Positions 24,680 to 37,400 of a stretch of 64,000 nt of DNA are shown piece by piece. Location: assembly GCA_036172245.1 (NCBI GenBank), contig JAYWIR010000011.1:1984001-2048000 (forward strand), written 5' to 3'. The stretch is from Raillietiella orientalis (Eukaryota). Below the pieces are notes generated by a model. The model was not told the DNA's origin. It ran no database searches and worked only from the letters and a program-made list of their open reading frames with translations. Position 1 is the stretch's first letter. Each line of letters starts with the position of its first letter. The position numbers were made by a program, and so were the translations under genes.

Positions 24680-26900
24680 CTTATTAATTTGTCAGGAATT
24701 AGCGTACGTTAAACAATCACTGGGTGGAGAAGACACTCGGATGGAAAACAAGGGTAAACAAGTTATCAACCTTTCAGCTGAAAGATGACGAAAATTTATT
24801 GGGCTTCCTTGGTTCCTTCTTCCTTGTCAATTTTCGTTCTTGGAGGGTCGTGTTTTTGATGTTCCGCCTCGTAACAGGTAAACGGCTTGTAAATCACTCG
24901 AGCGAGCGCGTCTCTTCCGAAGTATCCATTCACGGGGTTTTCCTGCAGGCCGAAAGATGTGGAACATCGAACTGTCTCCCTGCCTCCTCCTCCTCCAGCA
25001 GCGCCGAACCTTCCTCTGGATCTCGGGCGAGAATAAATCAAAGAAACTCGGGAGGAGATGGAGGAGGAGAAGAAGAAGAAGAAGAAGAAAGGAACAAGAG
25101 GACCATTCTTCTCCACAACACGTCGGAGGATTCTTCGTTTCTCCTTTTTTTCTTTCTTTCTTTCTTTCTTTCTTTCTCCCCGCCCCCTCGAAGGGAGGGG
25201 GCGGGGCGAGGGGGGGGGGGCGAGGGGGGGGGGGAAAAACAAAACAAAACAAAACAAGAGCGGAACCGGGCGGCAGCAGCGCGCCCTGCTTCTCTTTTCT
25301 GCTCCTCTTCCTCGGAGCGCCGCGTGGTATATCTTTTCCGTGTCCTTCCATCCGTCGGCTGCTCCGTGCCGTGCGCGCGCGCGCGCGCTCGGAGGTATTG
25401 CCACAACTCGCACTTTTTTCCTTTCCTTTCCCTCTCTCTGCCGCAGTCCACAAGGAAGAACGCGCCGTCGGAAAGAATACGCGAGGGCGGTACGGAACGT
25501 CCACACGGAGGGAGGAAAGCCGAGAGCAAAGGGAGAACGAGACGCACCACCACCACGGATATCGCACTTGTCTTCGCGGCCAACTCGTGCCATCTGATTC
25601 GAAGAGGACGGCACAGCGTTTCCATGCGAAGTAATAATTGTCATAAAAATCGGACGGTTATTTTTATGCGTGCAATTCAGGTAGGCTGCTGCAATCATCA
25701 CGCGCGGGACGCTACCAATGGTAGCAATTAGCACCGTACAGTAACCGTAAACTTTACGCGCGTCAGCCACCGCTTCATCATCTTCGTCCAGCAGGGAACG
25801 GTCGGAGGGGGAGGGAAGAGGCGAGGCGGGCGGCGAACCACTCGAAAGGCGGGGGAGCGGGGGAAGGACTTTCTTCAGGACGAGGAGAGGGGCGCTGGGT
25901 GGGGGGGGCCTGCGGACGTTCCCCGTGGTCGTCGCCGCCGTCTGCCGCGACACCTTGCGCGCGCGCCGGGGGGCAGCGAGCGAGCGCTGCGGGGAAGGGT
26001 TCGCCCTGGAGGAGAGGGAGAGTACTCCCTTCCCGTTCCGCAGTGCGTCGCCGTCCCGGTGTCCCGTCTCCCTCCTCGTTCCTTCGCCCCCGTCCCGCGG
26101 AGCGAGGGAGAAGAAGGAGAGAGAACGTACCCGAAGCCATGGGGCAACACCTCAGCGTGGAAGAGGAAAGAAGGAAAAGAGAGAGAGAGAGAAAAAAAAA
26201 ATACAAAGAATTCCTGATACCATCTTCGGTCGGGAAAAAATTTTCAACGGTAATAAAATTAGCAACAAATAGCAAGGAGGACGGGACGTTTTATGACGTG
26301 GGCATAAAAACCGGGAGACTGAGATGTCACTACAGTTAGGGCGAAGAATTCGGCAGAACCAGAAAACAAGGCGGACAAAGACAATCTCTTTCCCTTGCCG
26401 CCAGGCACACAGATAGAAACATCCACGCTTTGATTGTCCGATGCGCCTGGGTGTGGGGGGAGGAAGGAAAGGGAGGGAAGGGATGTCGGACGGGAGGAGG
26501 AGGAGGTGGCGGCGACGGCGGCGGCGGTGGGCGGGATGAGTCGCGAAACAACAGGACGCGAAGAGGACGGAGCCTGCTGTAAAACGAGGGAGGAAGGGAG
26601 GGGGGGGGGGGACGGAAAGAAAGGATTGTCAGTTTCCAGGCTACCGAAGTAAATCGGGCGTAAAGGAAAACACGGAGCACAGGTCGCCCGAGAGCTCTTC
26701 CCGCCCGTGACAGATGAGCTCCCCCGGCAGGCTCCATACATCAACAGATGCACTCGCCGAGGCAGCGCCGAAGTCAGTAGCCGGATCGACGCGCCGTAAA
26801 AACCGGCGCGATGGGATTTTTGTTTAATGTGTGGATACAAATGTCAAGCCTTTTGTGGGGACGGGAAGGAGGGAGGAGGAGACCGCGTAAATCTCCAAGG
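24680..26900. promoter_or_regulatory. candidate caudal enhancer region (Cdx/posterior-Hox and TCF motifs)
   Basis: TTTATTG 24795, ATCAAAG 25037, GTCATAAA 25640, TTTTATG 25662, TAATAAA 26251, TTTATGAC 26290, GGCATAAA 26301, GCCGTAAA ~26793, all in AT-rich islands within GC-rich DNA. Confidence 0.45.
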
Positions 26901-27012
26901 GAGATGTGCAGAGCGGCGGCGGCGGCGGCAATCGGGCCGACGCGGGGAGGGAGAAAAATCCGTCGGTGAGGACACCGCGCGCGCAGAATTCCTAGGCTTT
27001 TTCTCTCCTCCT

Positions 27013-27044
<32 letters not shown>

Positions 27045-28769
27045 GAGTGGGAGGAAGGCGCGGGCACTGGGGAACAGCCCGGATCCCACGAGTGCGTAAT
27101 GCGCCGTGACCGGCGAGACGACGCTACTCAGGGAAACGCCGCCGCGTTGCCACGGTGGCCGGCGGGCCACTCCCGGGGCTCCCTCGAGGGCACGCGGGAG
27201 GAGGGGGGGCGGCGAGGGGTGACAATTAGAGAGTTGCCCGGAAGCGTGCGCGCGCGCACACATGCTGACGCGGGGAACGGAACGGACCACCGCTCTGTCC
27301 CGACGAGCGACGACCCTCCGTCCGAGGGCACGCCGGAGGAGGATCGAGAGCGAAAGAAGTTCTTCGCCGCTCTCCGAGAGGCTCCCGAAAGACGGGGGCG
27401 TGGAGGAGACACCGCGAGAACCCGCGACCTCCCACTGGTCTCTCCCGCTCTCGGGACGGGGGAGACACAGACGCGAGACGCCGAAGGTCCCTCGGTGCCA
27501 ACGGCGGCGCCTTCGAGACGTGCGCGCGCGCGCCTCTGCCGGGGAGGCGGGTCGGAGAGAGATCAGAGCGGCTGCCGCGCGAAAGGGTAAGAGCGCGCGC
27601 GAAGCGGGCGGGAGGCGAGGGTGGGACCGTCCGCGGCGGCGAGTTCTCGCCCCTTGCCGAAGGGAGTGCTGCAGGAAAGCCGGGGCACCGGACCGCGGGC
27701 GGGCGAGGGCGGGCGCGTGACCTCCTCGGAGGCGAAAGAGGATGCTCCCGGACGATCCGCTTGCGAGAGCCTCCCCGCTCGAGGAGAGCAGCCCGTCCGT
27801 TTGTCACTCCCCCTGAAGGAGGGGAGGGGTTTCTCGGTTACCGGCGAAGGGAAGGGAAGGGGAGGGGGGGAGGGTAAGGGAACCTGGGCTCGCGCGGAAA
27901 TGGCCGTGAAGGATTCTCCGAGGAAAGAAAAGGGTTGACCCGCAAAGGCGGATTCAAGAGGAACGCCAAAAAAGCGGGGAGGCGGCGCGGAACATTCACG
28001 CGGGAAAGGACGGACCCAGTCCCTCCCTCCAGGGAAAGGCGGTTTCTTGGAGATGAGCGGCGGAGCCTCGTCCGTTCCTCCTCGGCGGCCATCCGAAGAC
28101 AGCGCTCTCGAAACCTCCGCCACCACTCCGCCAGCAGATTCCCGGGACGGCGCCCTTCCTTCGGCTCAAAGGTAAATTTGAGCCGAAGGAAGGGGGGAGA
28201 GGCACCTCCCTTTCCTTCTTCCTTCAGCGGAGGCAGCCGTCTGCTTCTGCCTCCCCCATCCCCCCCCCCAAAACAGGTGACCTGCCCGCCTGCGGCCGTA
28301 GCGGGCCGAGTGCTGGCCGAGGCCATCTGCCTAAATTGGGGAAAGGCAAGGAGGAAAGGACAGGACAGCTCCTTCTTTTCATCCGCCCGGGCGTCGGCCT
28401 GAACACGCACGCGCAATGGACACGAGCGGCGCTCAAGCCGGTGCGGCGGCGCTCTTCCCTCTCGCTCGATTCCGGGACCTCAGGAAAGCTTCCTCCTTCT
28501 CCCGAGACGAGCAGGCCCCTTTCCTCTTCCACGTAGGAACGGAATCCACACAATGGGAAAACCAAAACTGCCTTTTCTTCTTTTTCCTCCTTTTTAGATG
28601 ACGATGATGGCGACGGTCATGTCCACGTGACTCTCTTCGTTCCTGGCGAGGCGGCTCCGAAGCTATGCCAGAGGGTGGTGTCCCGCCGCGAACTGGAACT
28701 CCGACGGGTGGCCATCGCTGACCAGGACCAACAACTGGATCTCCTTCCGGCCCACGAACGGTAGCGCCT

Positions 28770-29627
28770 GGTTTGCAGGAAACCGTCCGCAAGTGGGCCA
28801 AGATCAACGGAGCGAGTGCAGCAGCAGCGACTGCTGCACCCCTTCTATCACAACCGCTCGCTGCAGGACGTCACCGTGCAGCCCACCACGTGTGCGTAAG
28901 CGCAACGAACCTCCCTAGCAGAGGCACTGCACTTCTTCAGGAAGCACTTGGGCAGTAACCAGCTGGACAAATGGGAGGAGGTCGGTTGCGAAATCAATCG
29001 GAAGACGAGCGAACTAGGTGCTTGGACCACAAACCAGCTCATCAACTCTGCAACCCCAGCTGCCCCACCGAAAGGACTATTGCTCTGAGGGGAGCTGCTG
29101 GGAATCCCACAAGAAGACCTCGAGTGGCCTCCAACGCTGAAGAACAACCGGACCCTCCACCTGAAGTGGCAGAAGTCGGCACTTCTGCTGTTGCACCGGG
29201 GTATCCCGTGCAACGCCCGCCAATCTCACTGGATCCGGGGGGCTGTGGACCCTGACTGTTGCAGGTACGGGAAACAGGAATCCCTCCCACATCTCCTCAT
29301 AAACTCTGTTGCCCTCTGGCTCCTGTGGCAACTGCGATAAGCAACGGTCCTTGGCGCACCGACGGACAATCCCAGGCACGTGACGAAGCGCATCTTCGTG
29401 CGCGATCCCTTTCGCCTGCCGCATCCCTAGCATCTTTTTGCTGCCTACGCGGGATTGTGAGGGCCTGGTGCTACACGAGAGAAAGAGGACGGCGCGATAG
29501 GGACTCCATCTGCTTCTCCCTGCGCTTCCTGCGGACAGCAGCAATATGGTCCCACCTGGGACATACTCGGATGGAACTTGTGGGCACCCTGGAAAGGATG
29601 CAGAGGACGCCCTCCAGCGGACTGTGA
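28770..29627 (+). mobile_element. decayed CR1/L2-like LINE, C-terminal half of RT
   Basis: RKWAKINGAS (~R.Q.V.ING..S), QLDKWEEVGCEINRKT (~L..W...L.IN..KT), LGIPQEDLEWPPTLKN (~LGI.ID.DL.W..HI), AAIWSHLGHTRMELVGTLERMQR (~VWSP......LERVQR), in the expected order. Confidence 0.55.
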
Positions 29628-30589
29628 TCCCTTCCCTAACCCTCCCAGAGTGTTTTTTTTTTTACTATTGACTTTTATTTTTTATTTTTATTTGCCCCCC
29701 CCCCCCCTCTTCGCTTCCGAGGCGAACCTCGCCTGCTTGCGTGCCGGTGACTCGGCAGGTTCCGAATTTCGGACATTGTAAGGCCAACGGCCCTACACCT
29801 GTATGTCTAGTTTATAGTAAACGTCCCGGCGCTACCGGGCGATAATCCACGTGGAGTTCGAGGTGGCAGGTTTGCTGAATCTTCCCCTCTGGCGCGTTGC
29901 CCCAGAATTGCGTTGGGGTCTTCGTGACGCGCCAGGACGCCGACGGTCGCGTTCCGTTCGCGGTGCGCGGAGAGAGTGCCCGAGGGTGGATGAGCCACCG
30001 GGAGGTGGAATCAAGAAGCCAGAAACAACGCGGGAAACGCATGCCCGGAAGATGCTTTGTTGGTCTGGGAAGTCCACGAAATAGGAAAGGTCTCTCCTTT
30101 AAACCAGGGTCTGGAACCCCTCTCCCTTCGGCGTCGCCACGAGGGCACGTGACGCATCGTCCGCGGGACACGGGGAAGGAAGAGGTGGAGTCGTGGGCAG
30201 CCTCGTGAATTCCGCTGCGCCGTCTCCTAAGGGACGCGCGCGTATCCCGACCGGCCCGGATCCCAGCCCGACGTCTCCCCTCCAGAGGGGGAGCCTGCTT
30301 CTCTGCGGGGCGCCGGTCTTGACATCCCTTGGGGATTCCGAGGTGACCAAGGAGGCTCAGAGCCAACGCTCGGCGTTCGACCCGACGTGTTGGATCCATC
30401 GATCGGGACATAGGAAGATCGCAGCTTCGTTCCCCTGGACCAGGAGACTGAAAAGACCGGCATGCGCACTTCGGTCCGGCGACCTCAATCTCATCTGGAG
30501 AAACGCTTGGGCTTCCGCGGAACGATCTCGGTGCGCCTCTACGAAGAGGTCAAGGGATCGGGAGCGCGCGCGCCTCGCGTCCTGAAAGA

Positions 30590-30960
30590 TTCGGCTCGTA
30601 GGTTCACCTCGGACAGCGCCTACTCGAATGACGGGGCCACCGCATTCGGGGCTGCTGTAGGAAACGCTCGCCATTTTCCCTTCCTCCCTCCGCCCGTCGG
30701 CTTTCACTCCGCACAGATCGCCGGCTGCTGAGCAGCAGCGCCTCTGGCCCTCTCCCGTGACTGCAGTTCTAGCCAGCATCCCTAGCTCTCCCCTTCGATC
30801 CCCTCTTTCCCGCTGCTCTGGAGGCGTTCGCGTCACGTGCACGCCGTGTAAACACGAGGACGGTCGCGGATGCAGATGCAAGCGGCATGCTCGTCGCGCT
30901 GCGTGGGCATCTGCATCTTTCCTCCTCGCGCGGCCATCTTGAAAACGAGAAGGGAGCTAC
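30590..30960 (+). mobile_element. decayed LINE RNase H-like segment
   Basis: RFTSDSAYSNDGATAFG (~IYTDGS...G.TG.G), FHSAQIAG (~F.AEL.AI), GHLENEK (~G..GNE). Confidence 0.35.
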
Positions 30961-33479
30961 TCGTGCGAGCGTCGTCGCCTCGGGAAACGGGCATTTCCTC
31001 GTTTCCCAAGTTCTCTTCAGCCCAATCTTGGATTAAACCCACTCGGACGGGGGTGCCGCTGATTTAGAATCTGGTGACAGGATGCGGTCCAAGATTTGGA
31101 GGAGTGATTGGGTCATTATAAAACCATCCCATCTGCGCTCACCCTGCGAACACAATAAAATAAAAACGCCCACGCTCAGCTGATCGCCACATGTGATCTC
31201 CAGTCGTCTTGGAAACACAAGGAAGATGGAATGAAGCCGGCACGGGAGGCAGCTTTATCCCTCCCCCCCTCCTGCCGCACGCACTTTCCTCCGTTCAGGA
31301 AGAATGGGACGCAGCCAGGTTTTTGTCCTCGCAGTTTCGATTCGTCCTTCTCCAGCGTCTTCCCGAGACCATCGTTATCGAGAAGGATGAAGGAGAGCGG
31401 CCAAGAACGTGAAAGAGGATGAAGAGCCGGACGAGGAGGGGACCGCGTTTGCTACCGCGAGATGTCGAGGCGGCCAGTGAACGGAAAGAACGACGTTTCG
31501 GTAGGACCGACGGAGGAAAGCGCGCAACTGTCGCTGGTCTACCCGGAAGATCACTCGAAGGAGAGGGGCGATTTCACCGGCGAGCTTCGCATCCACGAGA
31601 TCAGGGAGGTGAGATCAGATCTCGAAAGAAGCAACACCTTCCACGTAAAACAACCTCTTCGGCACCGCCTCTCATCGAGGTGAAATCATTGTTCACACCT
31701 CCGCCCTGTTTGCTGTCATTTGCTGTCACGTTAAGATGGAAGAGGGGACACAAACCCACACGAAGAAGAAGAAAGGAAGGAGGGAAGTTTCTGCCATTTT
31801 CGTAGCCTGGACGGCTTCCTCAGCTCGTCCTCGCTGTAAAGCTGCAGTTCTTGAGGGTGTTTTCACGGAGTGGCTGAAAAGACAAAGACAGGAACATGCG
31901 CAAGAAACGGCCACCGGGCGGCGGAGCCTAATGGTTGCCCGGAAGCAGAACCCGTCGGCACGGATCCGACTTCGTAGGCAGGATTATCCCCAAGGATGTC
32001 CCCCAGAGACGAACCCACACTTTCCAGCTGTTCCGTCTGAACCGTAATGAGGATGCTGGGATCACACCCACTCCGAGGATGACCTTCATCAGAATGATGC
32101 AGCGAAGAAACAAGCAACCAGTCCGGCACTGGACAGGGAGGCAGCAGCAGCAGCACCTCCTGGCTCAAGCACCGCAGAAGAACCGGAGGGCAGCGAGCGA
32201 GCGCCTCGAAGCCACTGGAGCGGGAACCCCCCCTTCGGCCTCTTCCTGGCGGCGTCGATCTCCCAAACATTGGGCCGGCAATCTCGTCCAATGGAGAGAT
32301 CTCCAGTTCACCCGAGTCTGCTCGGCTTCTCGGGAAGTGGGACCGCCTTCTGGAGAGATCTGGGAGCTCGCGGAAACGGAAAGCAGGGGTTGTCCGAGGA
32401 GGAATTTGGAACGGGAAAGCGAAAATTCGGGCACGTAGGGGAGGAGGAGAAGCAGACGGCACGAAGTTTTCCCGAAGCAGGTGCGGGTGCTCCCGAGCTG
32501 CTGACACGCTGCGTTGCCTCCCGTGATTCGGGACCCATAAAATGAACCAGGCGACGATCGCGATTAGTGGAGGAAGATGTTGAAAATGCGACTCACCTTT
32601 ACGTCTAGCCCGGAGGAAGGAATGCCTACGAGGAGAAGACGAGCCGGATGAAAAACGGGAAAAGAGGCGAAAACAACACACGTGTGAATGGTAGTGTAAA
32701 TGCAGCGGTGGACGACTTTCTGCCGCAACGGGCCGCAGGCGGGTGCACCGCCCACCGCGAGTGCCAGCAGCAGTTCCGGTAGTCTTTGAAAGGGCACACC
32801 ACCAGCTTTGAATCCTTCCAAGGGGAAGCAGAGGCGTATACAACGTCTGCTTGTTGTCAGCCCATAGGATTCAAAGACCTCGTTATCGCGATGTTCTTTT
32901 AGGCGAACCGCCCGCAAGAAGCCCAAATGAACGAAGCGGATGGCCATCGCAAACATAAATGCAATCAGCTTCAAATGCACCTGTAAGTACGCGCTCATTT
33001 ACTATGTAGGGATGCAAACAATTTTTTTTTTTTGCATTACGTGATGCTTCCAATGGAGTGAGGCACCGTCATCAACGATCAAAATCATCAGTACGATCAG
33101 AAATCGAACACTCAGTTCGCTTTAACGCAAGCCAGGCTAAAAATTTCAAATGGTTTCCACGGGGGGATCACCACCCGAACCTATTTGTTGGTCCTTTTCG
33201 CCCTGGTAAGCGCTTCTACCCTGGATGACCCAGACGGCGCTCGCTCCACGAAGCAGGACGTTCCGGGGTCCATCGGCAGGCAGCCCTTTTGTCTCGGCGG
33301 GCCGCAGGTCAGTTGTGTTCGGAGGCGTGCACTGGAAAAGGGGATGGCTAATTCGAAAGAGGGGAAGGAAAGAGGACGATTAGAAAAAGGGACAGTAACT
33401 GGGCGGCGTGCTCAGACCGGAGCAGAAAATGATCTGAGATGCGGTAGGCGTCGGCAGAAGTGGTCCCCGACTGATTCCG

Positions 33480-33890
33480 TACGTGCATCTATTGCAGTTG
33501 CGTAGTGATCAGGCAAATGAGCCGCAACCTCGTCTTCCTGAGCTGGGAAACTGCCACTGCTGAATCCAACTGTAGCTGCAAAACTGAAAGCACTTTTCTG
33601 CTTCCAACCAAGATGGAGGAAGCGCGAGGAGTTCCAGGTTTCTCCGCACGGGAGCTGAAGAGTTCAGACTTCATGAAATGATGATGCAACTCCGAAACTG
33701 AGCAAAGGAACGCGCGCAAGAAGCGCACGGTGGTTGTCGAATAATTCGAGAGCAGTTCCCCGGAACGAGCTGGAGAGATGCTTGAAAATCTGAATCAGAT
33801 GACGGCGGTGACTCTAGAAGCGTTCCAAATCTCTCCTGGGTCCCGAGGCACGCAGCACCAAGTGGGAAATCAAATAAGAATATCCAGATA
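33480..33890 (+). mobile_element. decayed LINE RNase H-like segment
   Basis: LSWVPRHAAPSGK (~L.WVPGH.GI.GNE), preceded by an HFSA motif. Confidence 0.35.
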
Positions 33891-34058
33891 TCAGCTCCCT
33901 TTGATGGATGCTTGGATGGTTTTTGAAAAAACCTGTAACATGGTGGAAACGAAAGAGTGATGAGCCAAGAATCTTTTTTTTTTTTTTTTTTTTTCGGGTG
34001 TGTGTGTGGGGGGGGGGGGGAATCTTTTGCTCAGGATCTTCAGCTTGAATTCGGGGAT

Positions 34059-34095
<37 letters not shown>

Positions 34096-35960
34096 TTTCA
34101 GTATGTATTTTACAGCAATCTGCGAAAAGAGCGGATTCCTCTTAGAAGCTCTTGTTTGCATAAAAGCGTTACCTTCAAGTTCGTGCTTCTTGTTCAAGAA
34201 ATCGGGGCCTAATTCTCTGTGCTCTTTGGCCGTTTTATTCTTTTTTTGCCGCTCGCCATCAGATTGCGCCATCGCCCCAAGAAGAGAGCAAGATAAATGC
34301 GGAACCGAGTCCCAAAAAGGCCATCTTCGGAACACATTAATCTCCCTGATGATGACCTTTATCTGTTTTTATTGAGAACGCTCCGTGCACGCACCAAAAA
34401 AGAACCTGCAAAGGGAACCGTATGGATCTCTTCCTTGCCATCCCCATTTCAGATGAAATGTCAAAAGAAGATAAAAAGGAAAAAGGAAAAGCAAGCACTA
34501 ATCATGCGAAATCGCCACCGAACTGCAGCTCTGAATTGCTCTTAATTATTACGTCGTTACTCCCATCTTGAGGATTAATTACAGCGCACGAAATGGTTTC
34601 CTTCCGCTGCGGTCTTTGCTGCGAATCCGCGCGCTTTCTTCAGCTGCTGCGCGTCGGCTCGCGGTGGCCACCACCGCAGCCGCGCTTCCAGGAACCGACA
34701 GGATTCCTCTGGAAGCAGCTGCGGCGCTTTGCGGGGAGGGGGAGGAAAGGAAAAAAAAAAAAAAAAAAAAACTGCTCAGCATTTGTCAAAGTCCTCTCTG
34801 TGCAACTGACACGATCCGCGGGCCTCGATTCTTAACCGCTGAAGTCACCCGATTCGGTACGGGGTTACCCTTTCCCTAATACCTCAATATTTGGGGAAGG
34901 AGGGGGGAGGGGAAGGACCGTCCTTCACTGTGCGTGTGTTTATGACTCAATAGCTTCAATTACTCGTCACGGTCAGGGGAAGCATATGGTGGTGTGCTGC
35001 GCTGGTCAGCAAACACGCGGCACCTTTGCATCACGCCTGGCGACGAACGCTCTCTCGCTCGGTGGTGGGAAGCTCCGGGAAGTTTCCGTTCTGGAGCATT
35101 CTAATGGAAATGCTTTTAAGGCCGGCTTGCGATCCGGAGGACGGCGGTCCGCTTCGCTGCCCTATAGGCGGAGCGCGAAGGCAGGGTGGGTCGCAGCAGT
35201 TCTCTCTGTTGCCCTTTCTTCGGGAGCGGAAGGCCAGCGCAAGCAAGGGGAGAAAGTCCGAAGACACTTGGAGGAGAGGGAAGGGGAAGAGGGAGCGCGG
35301 AGATGGGTGGGAAACTCATCCCCACACGAGGTCGGCGAGACGAAAAGGGGGAAACGCTTCGGGAATCCGGGGCGTTCCTCTCCCGAGGGGCCACTTCGCC
35401 CCTCCCCCCCATAGTCCAGATGCTTTCTGACGTCATAAGTACTTGGACGGAGCTGCCGCCTCCTTTCCCAGGAGGAAGCACGCCACCGTCCGCACGTGGC
35501 AGACCGACTGCACGTACCGCCCCCGGGCGTGGTTGGCTCCCACCCTTGAGCCGCCGGGTCATCTCCTAGTCAACTGCGAGCACCTTCCTTCTGCAGGCTG
35601 CGGATTTGCCCGTCCGACCTTCCCTCCTGCAAGGGCGTCTCCCGCCTGAGCGGCGCTGATCGCCCGCGCGGAAGAGGCAGCAGGATCGCTGGGTAGTCAC
35701 AGGCTCGAAAGATGCGCCAGCAGACAGAGGGTGACTCACGGAGAGATGTGTCAGGCTAGTGACCCAGCCCGAGAGTGCCACCTCCAAGCGTGGGGGGAGG
35801 CGGGCATCTTCCGTTCCACACTGCCGGGGGGGGAAGAGAAGGCCGAAGCAGGGCCTGCTGTTCGAGGGCGAAGGAAGGTGCTCACGCCGGCCGGCCGGGC
35901 TTAGCCCATGCCCGTGAATTCTTGGTGGCGGCGCTTGAAGAGGCACGGCGAAAGAAATCA

Positions 35961-36033
35961 GGAGTTGGCGTCCGAATGGCTATGGTCTCCGCACATGGCA
36001 CCGAGCGTCGTGGGTTCGAATCCCACCCGGGAA
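35961..36033 (+). pseudogene. tRNA-derived sequence (SINE head or tRNA pseudogene)
   Basis: Perfect B-box GGTTCGAATCC in a GTGGG/CCCAC T-stem (36010-36026) and an A-box-like TGGCGTCCGAATGG. No pairing acceptor stem. A diverged second T-arm copy lies at ~36041-36066. Confidence 0.6.
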
Positions 36034-36099
36034 ATGGAGGGCGCGTCGTGGGTTTGGAGTTCCCCTCGCAGGATGACACTGGTTGGCCCATGGGCTCCA

Positions 36100-37400
36100 G
36101 GTGCGGCACCGGTGGAAACCGGATGCCCCCTTCGACTGGCCGTGATTGGAAGTCGGCCCTCCGGGATCTTTTCAGCAATCAGGGAGCCTTTCGGGGTTCA
36201 CCCTTCTGGTTACGAAGATGGAACTGGTTGATACCCCCTCCAGAATGTAAGACGGGAATACTGCTCGCTTTGGGGGCGCCCTTCAGAAAAATTGGGAAGC
36301 AAACGCGGGATTCTCTTCAGGAGAGCAAACCAAGAGCGATCCCCTTTGAGTGTCCCTCAAGAGAAGAAATAATGAAGCGGTCCTTTCCGGGGATCCCTCT
36401 GGAAAGAAAAAGGAAGAGATTCTCTTGGGGGTTCTCCCCCAAGCGTAAGAGAAGAGGACTTCTCCCTTCAGAGTCTTCCTGGATTCATAGGGCGGTCCCC
36501 TCCAGGGGTCACCCACCCTCGGGTAGCGTGGACAGCTCCAAAGAGCCTCGCGAGCCCCTAAGCGAACGATTCTTGAGTGCTTGGCGAAGGAAGGCAAGGA
36601 GGAGGAGGTGGAGGACCGCCGCCGAAGATGCACCCTCCTTCGCGAGGGAGGTCGTCCGGAAGCGATGGAGTGCTGAGGGAACGGAGGATGCGCGGGAAGG
36701 GAGTCGGTGTGTCCACAGTGCTGTTCGGATGTCCAGCGGAAGCGCCAGCCGGATCGGCGCTGGGGATGGAAGAAGAACAAGGGAAAGAGTTGGAGGAGAA
36801 GAAGATGGCGAAACCCACCTGCCTTCGTCTGTCCCACATCACCCTTTTTTTTACATTATTGGATCCACTAAATATGACCTGATCGGGTTTGCCACGCGCG
36901 CGGCAATGGTTCTCTGCCACGGAGGTCAGAACCTATCAGAACGAGCCGGGCTGGGCAGTCCACATGGAAGGAGAGCTGGCGGAATGGGAGAGCGCGAGTG
37001 TCGCTGGCAGGAAGCCGCGCCAGCATAGGGAGAGGACGCCCTCGTTCCTCCGAGCAGGAGGGAGGGAGACCTGCGCTCTGCTCTCACCAGCCTCCTATTG
37101 CTCTGCCTCACCCGTCCCTGCAGTCCTCGATGGCTCGGAAAACTCTTCGCAAACTGCCGCTGAAGATATCGCAGGGTTGCAACGAGGGCAAACGGGAAGA
37201 TCCCAGCTCCCCTTGCGGATCTCGCAGTCGAACGGAGGACTCCAGCAAAGTGCAGGAAAATTTCCTTGCCCTCAGGAGCTTTTCGCAACTTCCCTTCACC
37301 ATGTCTTTCCTCTTCGGGGTGGTGATTCTTCCTTGCCTACTTGCAGATGATCTCTGAATACTCCACTTGGATCCAAGAGTTAGTGTCGATTCTTTTTCCA
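36100..37400 (+). mobile_element. decayed LINE RT (possibly two tandem relics)
   Basis: SALRDLFSN, WLIPPPECKTGILL (~IPPEWKTAII), WGFSPKR (~FGFRP.R), VDSSKE (~D.SKAFD), LFFTLLDPL, SNGGLQQ (~NGVRQG), LLADDL (~YADD). Confidence 0.5.

Noticed and set aside
24796..25953. 385-aa minus-strand ORF
   Set aside because: It runs through homopolymers and microsatellites; the region is better explained as regulatory.
28598..28895. Plus-strand exon-like segment with a strong acceptor
   Set aside because: It has an in-frame TAG and overlaps a LINE relic.
31736..32047. CENP-B/Tigger HTH-like phrase VLEGVFTEWLKRQR
   Set aside because: A single short resemblance with no DDE domain nearby.
35961..36033. Functional tRNA gene
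   Set aside because: The acceptor stem does not pair and I could not define a convincing anticodon arm.
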